Program-made: the position numbers and the translations under genes
Shown: in pieces, positions 26,981 through 38,719 of the stretch
Numbering within the stretch: the first letter of the stretch is position 1
Layout: each line of letters begins with the position of its first letter
The notes under the pieces: generated by a model
Seen by the model: only the letters and a program-made list of their open reading frames with translations
Told to the model about the DNA's origin: nothing
The model's database searches: none
NCBI GenBank assembly: GCA_964016885.1
Contig: OZ024745.1
Span: forward strand, 9,796,001 to 9,860,000
Origin: Eledone cirrhosa
Lineage: Eukaryota
Length of the DNA stretch: 64,000 bases
Direction: 5' to 3'

Positions 26981-27692
26981 TCATCATCATCATCATCATC
27001 ATCATCACCGTTTTACGTCCGTTCTTCCACGCTAGCATGGGTTAGACGGGTTGTCCTGTTGTGGGCAGTGTCTCGTCGGCTGACCATGCGTTGCTCATAC
27101 AGGAACTGATTTGGCTTGATTTCTACAGCTGGATGCCCTTCCTAACACCAACCTCATTTACAGTGAGTGCTGGGTGCTTTTTCGTGGAGCCTACACGTCC
27201 ACTTTACAGTGTGGGCTGGGTGCTTTTTTGCCGTGGCACCTCCACGGCCACCTTGCGATGGGGGGTGTGGGGGCATATTGTCTATATGCTTCAGCTTGTA
27301 CCCATGGGAGGTCGGGTGACGCCAGAAGTCACGGTCATGTGTCATTGCCTTTGAGAGATGTAATTGGGTAAGGTCGGCTTTTATCACCTGATCCCAGGTC
27401 ATCTTGGGTCTCCCCACTCCGCGGTTTCCATCAACTTCTAGTGCTCTGCACCTTTTTATGCAGCTGTCATCCTTCATACGCATCACATGTCCATACCAGC
27501 GCAACCGCCTCTCCTGCACACAGCATTTGATACCTCTTATGCTCAGTCTCTCTATCAATTCATTTATGCTTTGTCGTTCACGTATATTACTGTTACACAT
27601 CCATCGGAGCATGCAGGCTTCGTTTCTCTCTAATCTACTTAAGTCTTCCACCTTCAGCGCCCAGGTCTCACTACCATGCAACATTGCTGTTC
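26981..27692 (-). mobile_element. RTE family A, 3' part (tail, 3' UTR, C-terminus), split from 29816-30160 by a nested insertion
   Basis: Reverse complement of ~6750-7460. Confidence 0.93.
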
Positions 27693-29815
27693 GGCTACTA
27701 AATGAGGAGAATAAATGGGAGAAAGACAGTCTCCCCCATATCGACCCAATAGAGGGACCAGCAGTGTTAGTCGAGGGGAGTATAATAAGTAAGGCAATCA
27801 AGGATATGAAGACGGGTAAGGCGGCTGGGCCTTCGGAAATAGTTGCTGAGATGCTGAAGGCATCTGGCACGGTGGGACACACCATGGTCACCCGCATAGT
27901 TAACCAAGTCGTACAGAATGGGGTTGTTCCGAAGGACTGGCATAGCAGCATCATCGTTAACTGTTATAAGGGTAAAGGAGACGCCCTAGATAGGAGTAAC
28001 TATAGAGGCATTAAATTAATCGACCAGGTCATGAAGGTCACGGAAAAAGTAATAGCGCAACTAATCAGAGAGAGAATTGACCTAGATGAAATGCAGTTCG
28101 GGTTTGTGTCAGGCAAAAGTACCACAGACGCTCTTTTCATAGTACGACAACTACAGGAGAAGTACCTAGCTAAAGGTAAACCCCTCTACTTAGCTTTTGT
28201 CGACTTGGAGAAAGCCTTCGACAGAGTCCCCCGCTCCATTATCTGGTGGGCTCTTAGAAAACTAGGCGTTGACGAATGGCTTGTGAGGGCTATACAAGCC
28301 ATGTATAAAGAAACAGTCAGCAAGGTTAGAATTAACAACGAATATAGTGAAGAGTTTAGCGTAAAAGTTGGCGTCCATCAGGGCTCTGTTCTCAGCCCAC
28401 TACTATTTATTATTGCCCTTCAGGCTATAACAGAGGAGTTCAAGACAGGCTGCCCATGGGAACTCCTATACGCAGACGACCTGACACTCATAGCGGAATC
28501 AATGGCCGAGCTAGAGAAGAAATTCCAAACATGGAAGCACGGCCTAGAGTCAAAAGGACTTAAAATTAACCTGGCTAAGACCAAAGTACTAGTTTGTAGG
28601 AAAGAAAACAAGGCGGCGGTCCCTTCTGGGAAATGGTCGTGCTCGGTGTGTAGGAAAGGCGTAGGTAGAAACTCCATTTTATGTCCTAAATGCAAAGTAT
28701 GGGTGCATAAAAGATGTAGTGGGATCACAGGTAAGCTAACTAAGAACATAGATTTTACATGTGGCCGGTGCTCTGGTGCAATAAGTAGCAGCAAGTGCCC
28801 ACAAAATACTAGCTCTTTCAATTGCGCAGAGGGTTCTATAGAAATAGTGGACAGCTTCCGTTACCTGGGCGATAAAATCAGCAGTGGGGGAGGGTGCTCT
28901 GAAAGTACTGTAGCTAGAGTCAGAACTGGTTGGAAAAAGTTCAGAGAGCTTATACCACTATTAGCTGCTAAAGGGTTCTCCCTAAAAATGAAAGGCAGGT
29001 TGTACGATGCCTGCATACGAACAGCAATGCTGCATGGCAGTGAGACCTGGGCATTGTGTGCAGAGGATATACGCAGACTAGAGAGGAACGAAGCTTGCAT
29101 GCTCCGCTGGATGTGTAACAGTAATATACGTGAACGGCAAAGCATAAATGAACTAAGGAAAAAATTAGAGATAAGAGGGATCAGATGTTGTTTACTCGAG
29201 AGAAGGCTACGTTGGTATGGACACGTGATGCGCATGAAAGTCAATAGCTGTATAACAAAGTGCAGAGCAATAAAGATAGACGGTAGTCACGGAATAGGCA
29301 GACCTAGAAAAACCTGGGACGAGCTGATAAACTCCGACATCACACACTTACACCTCTCCAAGACAATGTCACTGGACCGAGACCTTTGGCGGTACTCAGT
29401 AACAGAGAAGACCCGCCTTACCTAAATATATAGTAAAACCTACTCCAGCCAGTAGGCATCTCTAACAAAATACACCCCGTCCCACCACCACCACCCCCAC
29501 CCCATCCACACCACCCCGTTCTATGTAAAGTTATGTTGGTGCCGCGCCATTGAGGCCGAAACAAATGAGATCGTGTAGGTGTCACGACAAAAAAACACAC
29601 AGTCCACGCTGTAATGTGGCCGTGTAGGCAACACGGTAAAAACCTCCCAGACCCACACTGTAAATGTGGTTGGTGTTAGGAAGGGCATCCAACTGTAGAA
29701 AACCTGCCAGACAGTCCTATGCGAGCAAGACAGTCACTCTTGCCTCAAGTGGGACTACCCCCGTCCAAACCCATGCAAGCGTGGAACACGGACGTTAAAC
29801 GTTAATGATGATGAT
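27693..29815 (+). mobile_element. Young 5'-truncated RTE (family B) with uninterrupted RT, PHD-like finger, C-terminal domain, 3' UTR and (GAT)n tail
   Basis: ORF 27404-29425 is open from LLNEENKW to the stop and carries NYRGIKL, FVDLEKAFD, GVHQGSVLSP, YADD and YLG. Confidence 0.97.
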
Positions 29816-30160
29816 ACACGCATCATACAGTCTGCTTTTCATTCTGAGGGAGAAGCCTTTTGCAGCTAGCAGTGGTAGTAGTTCCCTAAACTTCTTCCAT
29901 CCCGTTCTTACCCTAGTTATTGTACTTTCTGAACACCCACCTCCGCTGCTAATTCGGTCACCTAGGTAGCAGAAGCTGTCTACTGTTTCTACAGAGCCCT
30001 CCCAGAGATTGGTGGTACTTGTTTCCTGTGGCTGTTTGCTGCTTGCTGTAACAGCACAGCTGCTACATGTGAAGTCTACATTCTTAATTAAGCTTCCTGA
30101 GATCCCGCTACATCTCTTGTGTACCCATTGTTTGCATTTGGGGCAGAGAATGAAGTTCCT
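29816..30160 (-). mobile_element. RTE family A, upstream continuation of the 26981-27692 copy
   Basis: ORF 29795-30220 (ILCPKCKQWVHKRC...RLYDACI) joins RTAMLHGSETW at 27692. Confidence 0.92.
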
Positions 30161-30189
30161 TAGAATTGGTGCTCTGAAATAGCTATATA

Positions 30190-30427
30190 TATATGAATGT
30201 ATATATAGTGTATTTTGCAATACACTGTATGCTTAATTAAAAGCATTTCGAAGACCTTATGCTATTGTTTTAGAGTAGTGACAGACTCACTTACTTTAAT
30301 TTTCAGCAAAGAGGTTTGCAGCAAATTAAAGTAAGTGAGTCTGTCACTACTCTAAAACAATAGCATAAGGTCTTCGAAATGCTTTTAATTAAGCATACAG
30401 TGTATTGCAAAATACACTGTATATACA

Positions 30428-30435
<8 letters not shown>
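30190..30435. repeat. Near-perfect ~113-bp-arm inverted repeat (fold-back) between (TA)n tracts
   Basis: 30190-30302 is the reverse complement of 30323-30435. Confidence 0.95.
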
Positions 30436-30466
<31 letters not shown>

Positions 30467-30468
<2 letters not shown>

Positions 30469-30593
30469 CGTTTCTGAATTTGTTTAGCAAGATTCTTTAT
30501 CTGAAAACGTGTGTTGAAACCGATATTGTTATACTTTGGGAGGGTCATGTTGCCAATAAGAACATTATTGGCAACATGACCCTCCCAAAGTAT

Positions 30594-30602
<9 letters not shown>
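30467..30602. repeat. Short element ending in a ~35-bp-arm hairpin (TATTGTTATACTTTGGGAGGGTCATGTTGCCAAT / reverse complement), within (TA)n
   Basis: Direct inspection. Confidence 0.9.
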
Positions 30603-30632
<30 letters not shown>

Positions 30633-30711
30633 CGTCTATGGCAAATTTCTACGATGGCCGGATGCCCTTCCTGACGCCAACCATACCTCACGAAATGGTT
30701 CATTACCTTAA

Positions 30712-30894
30712 CGGTGTACATATATATATATATATACATACAAACATACATATATGCGTGTGTATATGTATGTGTGTGTGTGTGTATGTATATATATGTA
30801 TGTTTATATGTATATGTGTCTTTATATGTATGTGTGTATGTATATATATATATGTGTGTTTATATGTATATATATGTATATGTGTGTTTATATG

Positions 30895-30935
<41 letters not shown>

Positions 30936-31003
30936 TTATATGTATGTGTGTTTATATGTATGTGTATATATATATATATATATATGTATATGTGTGTTTA
31001 TAT

Positions 31004-31045
<42 letters not shown>

Positions 31046-31072
31046 TTATATGTATGTGTGTATGTATATATA
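30712..31072. repeat. Compound (TA)n/(TG)n microsatellite
   Basis: Direct inspection. Confidence 0.95.
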
Positions 31073-31407
31073 TTATCATCATTTCATTTTACGTCCACTT
31101 TTCCCTGCTTGCAAGGGTGGGACGGGAACTGATTCTGGCTTGATTTCTACAGCTGGATGCCCTTCCTAACACCAACCTCATTTACAGTTAGTGCTGGGTG
31201 CTTTTTGCCGTGGCACCTCCACAACCACTTTATAGTGGAATGATAGGGACCCCAGTCCCTATCATCTCATTTCTACAGCTGAGTAAACTGGAGCAATGTG
31301 AAATAAAGTGTCTTGCTCAAGGAAACAACACATCACCCGGTCCGAGAATTGAACTCACAACCTTTCGATTGCAAGGCCAATGCTCTAACCACTAAGCCAT
31401 GTGCCTC
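31073..31407 (-). mobile_element. Full-length SINE family 1 (CORE-like, RTE tail)
   Basis: Reverse complement of 8628-8960. Confidence 0.9.
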
Positions 31408-31450
31408 ACCTATATATATATATATGTGTTTATATGTATGTGTGTATGTG

Positions 31451-31484
<34 letters not shown>

Positions 31485-31500
31485 TATATATATATATATA

Positions 31501-34500
31501 TCATCATCAACGTTTAACGTCCGTGTTCCACGCTTGCATGGGTTTGGACGGGGGTAGTCCCACTTGAGGCAAGAGTGATTGTCTTGCTCGCATAGGACTG
31601 TCTGGCAGGTTTTCTACAGTTGGATGCCCTTCCTAACACCAACCACATTTACAGTGTGGGTCTGGGAGGTTTTTACCGTGTTGCCTACACGGCCACATTA
31701 CAGCGTGGACTGTGTGTTTTTTTTGTCGTGACACCTACACGATCTCATTTGTTTCGGCCTGGATGGTGTGGCACCAACACAACTTTACATAGAACGGGGT
31801 GGCGTGGATGGGGTGGGGGTGGCGGGACGGGGGGGTATTTTGTTAGAGATGCCTACTGGCTGTAGTAAGTTTTACTATGTATTTAGGTAAGGCGGGTTTT
31901 CTCTGTTACTGAGTACCGCCAAAGGTCTCGGTCCAGTGACATTGTCTTGGAGAGGTAAGTGTGTGAGGTCGGAGTTTATCAGCTCGTCCCAGGTTTTTCT
32001 AGGTCTGCCTATTCCGTGGCTACCGTCTATCTTTATTGATTGCCCTGCACTTTGTTATACAGCTATCGACTTTCATGCGCATCACGTGTCCATACCAACG
32101 TAGCCTTCTCTCGAGTAAACAACATCTGATCCCTCTTATTTCTAATTTTTTCCTTAGTTCGTTTATGCTTTGCCGTTCACGTATATTACTGTTACACATC
32201 CAGCGGAGCATGCAAGCTTCGTTCCTCTCTAGTCTGCGTATATCCTCTGCACACAATGCCCAGGTCTCACTGCCATGCAACATTGCTGTTCGTTTGCAGG
32301 CATCGTACAACCTGCCTTTCATTTTTAGGGAGAACCCTTTAGCAGCTAATAGTGGTATAAGCTCTCTGAACATTTTCCAACCAGTTCTGACTCTAGCTAC
32401 TGTACTTTCAGAACACCCTCCCCCACTGCTGATTTTATCACCCAGGTAACGGAAACTGTCCACTATTTCTATAGAACCCTCTGCGCAATTGAAAGAGCTA
32501 GTATTTTGTGGGCACTTGCTGCTACTTATTGCACCAGAGCATGGGCCACATGTAAAATCTATGTTCTTAGTTAGCTTACCTGTGATCCCACTACATCTTT
32601 TATGCACCCATACTTTGCATTTGGGACATAAAATGGAGTTTCTACCTACGCCTTTCCTACACACCGAGCATGACCATTTCCCAGAAGGACCGCCGCCTTA
32701 TTTTCTTTCCTACAAACTAGAACTTTAGTCTTACCCAGGTTAATTTTAAGGCCTTTTGATTCTAGGCCGTGCTTCCATGTTTGGAATTTCTTCTCTAGCT
32801 CGGCCATTGATTCCGCTATGAGTGTGTCATGTCGTCTGCGTATAGGAGTTCCCATGGGCAGCCGGTCTTGAACTCCTCTGTTATAGCCTGAAGGGCAATA
32901 ATAAATAGTAGGGGGCTGAGAACAGAGCCCTGATGGACACCAACTTTTACGCTAAACTCTTCACTATATTCGTTGTTAATTCTAACCTTGCTGACTGTTT
33001 CTTTATACATGGCTTGTATAGCTCTCACAAGCCATTCGTCAACGCCTAGTTTTCTAAGAGCCCACCAGATAATGGAGCGGGGGACTCTGTCGAAGGCTTT
33101 CTCCAAGTCGACAAAAGCTAAGTAGAGGGGTTTACCTTTAGCTAGGTACTTCTCCTGTAGTTGTCGTACAATGAAAAGAGCGTCTGTGGTACTTTTGCCT
33201 GACACAAACCCGAACTGCATTTCATCTAGGTCAATTCTCTCTCTGATTAGTTGTGCTATTACTTTTTCCGTGACCTTCATGACCTGGTCGATTAATTTAA
33301 TGCCTCTATAGTTACTCCTATCTAGGGCGTCTCCTTTACCCTTATAACAGTTAACGATGATGCTGCTATGCCAGTCCTTCGGAACAACCCCATTCTGTAC
33401 GACTTGGTTAACTATGCGGGTGACCATGGTGTGTCCCACCGTGCCAGATGCCTTCAGCATCTCAGCAACTATTTCCGAAGGCCCAGCCGCCTTACCCGTC
33501 TTCAGATCCTTGATTGCCTTACTTATTATACTCCCCTCGACTAACACTGCTGGTCCCTCTATTGGGTCGATATGGGGGAGACTGTCTTTCTCCCATTTAT
33601 TCTCCTCATTTAGTAGCCTTTCATAGTGACACTTCCAAGCTACCTTCTTATCAGCGTCGGTGATGGCAAGTGTGCCATCGTCGTTTAGTACACACTTCTC
33701 CCCGACAATATCACGGTTTTCCTTGACGCATTGCCTAGCAATCCTGAACACCTCACGTTTTTGGTCATCGCGTTGTAAAACATGCTTGAACTTTCTTTCC
33801 TCAGCTTCCCTTCTTGCTAAGTACACTTGTCTCCTAGCTTCCCTCCTGGCCACTTGATAGTCTTCTCTACTTCCCCCATCCCGCCATACTTTCCAAGCCT
33901 GCTTTTTGGCCTTAATTGACCCCTCCACCTTACTGTTCCACGACCATGTTACTCTCCTCCTGCCTACAGGCCTGCTCCAGCCACAGACTTCGTCTGTCGC
34001 CAACAGCAGGTTTGCTTTCAGAAATTCCCACTCTCCCTCTATATTGTCCGACTCTAAATGTTCTTCCTTACTGTCGAAAGCATCAAGTAATATGCTTTGA
34101 AATTTATTCCTGGCTGTGGGGTCCTTTAGCTTCCATATTTTTCTCCTGAGGATAGTCCTCTTCTGCTGTCGAGTACGTCTCGTCCTGACTATGAGGTCGC
34201 TAATTATCAGTCTATGTTGGGAGGTGCATTCTTCATGGGGGAGGGATTTAGTGTTTACAACAGACACTCTGTCACGTCTTCTGGTAAGGATATAATCTAC
34301 CTGGCTTGTGTGTTCCCCGGATCTATAGGTGATCAGGTGATTGTCACGTTTTTTGAAGTTAGTGTTACAGATAGTTAGGTTATTTGCATCACAGAATTCC
34401 AGGATTCTGGAGCCTTCCTCATTTCTAGTACCAAACCCATAGCCTCCATGGATTTCGTCGTAGCCGTCACAATGTTGTCCAACGTGACCATTTAGGTCGC

Positions 34501-34928
34501 CTGCAATAATTATATAGTCACTGTCGGATATTTGGGAGGTAGTTAGCATCAGTGTCTCATAGAATCTGTCTTTTATAGTGCCGGGCAGTCCGGATTGGGG
34601 TGCGTACGCAGATATTACTGTCACCGTAGTTCTATTGAGGACAAGTCGTATTTTAATTATTCTGTCGTTCACTCTATTTACGTCTATTATCTTATCTGCC
34701 CACTTTTCTGCTACCATGATTCCTACTCCACCCAGCCCATCGTCGTTTCCCACCCAGAAAAGCTTATAACATCGTTTTTTACCCTCAATGAATCTAGCAG
34801 ACCCACCCCTCCACCTGGTCTCTTGAATACAACAAACATCGACCTCCTTACGTTCAAGCATTTCTACAACCTCGTTAGCGCGACCCTTTAGGGTGCCTAC
34901 ATTTATGGTACTAACTCTGAAGTTTAAT

Positions 34929-34930
<2 letters not shown>
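31501..34930 (-). mobile_element. Nearly full-length RTE family B LINE (APE endonuclease + RT + PHD-like finger), frameshifted just after YADD, 5' end missing
   Basis: ORF 32816-34861 has TINVGTL, CIQETRW, SAYAP, GDLNGHVG, QVDYIL, SQHRL and RT motifs. It continues in ORFs 32646-32855 and 32020-32664 after small indels. Confidence 0.97.
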
Positions 34931-34977
<47 letters not shown>

Positions 34978-34979
<2 letters not shown>

Positions 34980-35182
34980 AAATGCCAGTTGAAGGAAGAC
35001 GTGGTAGAGGTAGACCACGAAAAACATGGGCGGAGGTGGTGAGAACAGACCTCAGATCATTGAAGCTGACGGTGGAGATGACGAGGGACCGTGACGAGTG
35101 GAGAGATGCTGTGCTGAATAAGACCCGTCCCACCCTTGCAAGCAGGGAAAAGCGGACGTAAAATGATGATGATGATGATGAT
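34978..35182 (+). mobile_element. 3' end of RTE family C (very short 3' UTR), well preserved
   Basis: Reads EMPVEGRRGRGRPRKTWAEVVRTDL...KTRPTLASREKRT* then (GAT)n. Confidence 0.85.
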
Positions 35183-35203
35183 ATATATATATATATATAT
35201 ATA

Positions 35204-35399
35204 GATCGAACCTTGAGCTGATCAGTGGCGAAACGCGCGTCACTTATCAATAAATGCAATGAAGGAATAATCAATCGTCCTTTTTATCCTTTCTATATTT
35301 TACACTCTGTATAGCTCTACACATCATCACAGAAGTGAACCTAAACATCGAGTGCTCACCCGGGTGAACCTGCAGTAACTCCTAGTTATACCCACTGGA
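35204..35399 (+). mobile_element. 5'-truncated Penelope-like terminal repeat with the 3' half of a minimal hammerhead
   Basis: CGAAACGCGCGTC at 35229-35241 followed by AATAAA; flanked by (TA)n. Confidence 0.65.
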
Positions 35400-35415
35400 T
35401 ATATATATATACACA

Positions 35416-37729
35416 TGTGTACTTAATGATGATGGCGTACTTGCCATCACTGACGCTGATAAGAAGGTAGCTTGGAAGTGTCACTACGAAAGGCTTCTAA
35501 ATGAGGAGAACAAATGGGAGAAAGACAGTCTCCCCCACATCGACCCAATAGGGGGACCAGCAGTGTTAGTCGAAGGTAGTATAATAAGTAAGGCAATCAA
35601 AGATATGAAGACGGGTAAGGCGGCTGGGCCTTCGGAAATAGTTGCTGAGATGCTGAAAGCATCTGGAACGGTGGGACACACCATGGTCACCCGGATAGTA
35701 AACCAAGTCATACAGAATGGGGTTGTTCCGAAGGACTGGCGTAGCAGCATCATCATTAACTGCTACAAGGGTAAAGGAGACGCCCTAGATAGGAGTAACT
35801 ATAGAGGCATTAAATTAATCGACCAGGTCATGAAGGTCACGGAAAAAGTAATAGCGCAACTAATCAGAGAGAAAATTGATCTAGATGAAATGCAGTTCGG
35901 GTTTGTGTCAGGCAAAAGTACCACAGACGCTCTTTTCATTGTACGACAACTACAGGAGAAGTACCTAGCTAAAAGTAAACCCCTATACTTAGCTTTTGTC
36001 GACTTGGAGAAAGCCGTCGACAGAGTCCCCCGTTCCATTATCTGGTGGGCTCTTAGAAAACTAGGTGTTGATGAATGGCTTGTGAGAGCTATACAAGCCA
36101 TGTATAAAGAAACAGTCAGCAAGGTTAGAATTAACAACGAATATAGTGAAGAGTTTAGCGTAAAAGTTGGTGTTCATCAGGGCTCTGTTCTTAGCCCCCT
36201 ACTATTTATTATTGCCCTTCAGGCTATAACAGTGGAGTTCAAGACTGGCTGCCCATGGGAACTCCTATACGCAGATGATCTAACGCTCATAGCTGAATCA
36301 ATGGCCGAGCTAGAGAAGAAATTCTAAACATGGAAGCACGGCCTATAATCAAAAGGCCTTAAAATTAACCTGGCTAAGACTAAAGTTCTAGTTTGTAGGA
36401 AAGAAAATAAGGCGCCGGTCCCTTCCAGGAAATGGCCATGCTCAGTGTGTAGGAAAGGCGTAGGTAGAAACTCCATTTTATGTCCCAAATGCAAAGTATG
36501 GGTGCATAAAAGATGTAGTGGGATCACAGGTAAGCTAACTAAGAACATAGATTTTACATGTGGCCGGTGCTCTGGTGCAATAAGTAGCAGCAAGTGCCCA
36601 CAAAATACTAGCTCTTTCAATTATGCAGAGGGTTCTATAGAAATAGTGGACAGCTTCCATTACCTGGGTGACAAAATCAGCAGTGGGGGAGGGTGCTCTG
36701 AAAGTACAGTAGCTAAAGTCAGAACTGGATGGAAAAAGTTCAGAGAGCTTATACCACTATTAGCCGCTAAAGGGTTCTCCCTAAAAATGAAAGGCAGGCT
36801 GTATGATGCCTGCATACGAACAGCAATGTTGCATGGCATGAGACCTGGGCATTGTGTGCAGAGGATATACGCAGACTAGAGAGGAACGAAGCTTGCATGT
36901 TCCGCTGGATGTGTAATAGTAATATACGTGAACGGCAAAGCATAAACGAACTAAGGGAAAAATTAGAAATAAGAGGGATCAGATGTTGTTACTCGAGAGA
37001 AGGCTACGTTGGTATGGTCACGTGATGCGCATGAAAGACGACAGCTGTATAAAAAAGTGCAGGGCAATAAAGATAGACGGTAGCCACGGAGTAGGCAGAC
37101 CCAGAAAAACCTAGGACGACCTCATAAATTCCGACCTCACACACTTACACCTCTCCAAGACAATGTCACTGGACCGAGATCTTTGGCGGTACTCAGTAAT
37201 AGAGAAGACCCGCCTTACCTAAATACAAAGTAAAACCTACTACAGTCAGTAGGCATCTCTAACAAAATACACCCCCGTCCCACCACTCCCACCGCCCCAT
37301 CCACACCGCCCCTTTCAATGTAAAGTTATGTTGGTGCCACAACATCCAGGCCGAAACAAATGAGATCGTGTAGGTGTCATGACAAAAAAACACACAGTCC
37401 ATGCTGTAATGTGGCCGTGTAGGTAACACGGTAAAAACCTCCCAGTTCCACACTGTAAATGTGGTTGATGTTAGGAAGGGCATCCAGCTGTAGAAAACCT
37501 GCCAGACAGTCCACGCTGTAATGTAACCGTGTAGGCAACACGGTAAAAACCTCCCAGCCCCACACTGTAAATGTGGTTGATGTTAGGAAGGGCATCCAGC
37601 TGTAGAAAACCTGCCAGACAGTCCTATGCGAGCAAGACAACCACTCTTGCCTCAAGTGGGAAAACTCCCGTCCAAACCCATGCAAGAGTGGAACATGGAC
37701 GTTAAACGTTGATGATGATGATGATGATG
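35416..37729 (+). mobile_element. 5'-truncated RTE family B copy with nonsense and frameshift lesions and a ~114-bp duplication in the 3' UTR
   Basis: ORFs 35563-36327 (premature TAA) and 36445-36879; near-identical to 27693-29815. Confidence 0.96.
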
Positions 37730-37762
37730 ACACACATACATATAAACACACATATACATATA

Positions 37763-37824
<62 letters not shown>

Positions 37825-37859
37825 TACATATAAACACACATATACATATATACATATAA

Positions 37860-37892
<33 letters not shown>

Positions 37893-37894
<2 letters not shown>

Positions 37895-38070
37895 TGTTTC
37901 TACTTTTGGCACAAGGCCAGCAAATACCCAGTGCATTACTGGTACTTTATTTTATCGACCCCGTAAGGATGAAAGGCAAAGTTATCCTCACCGGGATTTG
38001 AAACCAGATCATAAAGGGAGGTAACTCTATGCTTCAAAGCATGGCGTCCGACCCTCTACCGATACTGATA
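37893..38070 (-). mobile_element. SINE family 2
   Basis: Reverse complement of 55425-55599. Confidence 0.85.
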
Positions 38071-38719
38071 ATGCTCCTCTCTTTTCTCTAATATCTACCA
38101 GAACATTGCTAATGTGTTTAGGAGAGAGAGGAGTTGTGTGTGTAGATCCTTGTGTACACAATTAGAGAGATAGAGAAGCTATGTTTGGGAGTATGTGTTA
38201 GTGTGTATGAGTCTGTACATGTATGTGTTAGTGTGTATGTGTGCATTTAACTTCATGTGTGTTCACATATGTACATGTGTATGTAATTGTGTTAGTGTGT
38301 ATGTGTATGTCTGTATTTGCTTTCTTTATTTTAAAATTTGTTCTAAAGCATTTAAAAATAGAAAATGTTTCACTTTGGTGAAGAAGAGCAACAGTAAGAA
38401 CAACACATCAATTAGTAATTTCTGATTGAGAGTAGTTAAGTTGATGGTTGTGATGATGATATTGAGAGTAGTTAAGTTGATGGTTGTGATGATGATATTG
38501 ATAAATGGTAAACGGTAGAACTATCAAGTTGGTAGATCAAGAAGAAATCTTGTGATCAGCTATCTTAGCTATTCATTGATAATTATACTAGGAATAAAAT
38601 AAACTCTGGTATAATATTATGTTGAGCATGAACAGCTGTATATATGTGTATACATGTGTGTATATATGTGTATACATGTGTGTATACATACATGTATACA
38701 CATGCATGCCAAGAAACTT

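Noticed and set aside
30638-31169. Tyr/Ile/Val/Cys-rich ORFs (also ~37650, ~47860, ~52830, ~51090)
   Set aside because: Microsatellite translation artefacts.
32816-34861. 681-aa ORF as an active LINE or host gene
   Set aside because: Frameshift immediately after YADD, further downstream indels and a missing 5' end; a dead copy, annotated as a mobile element.
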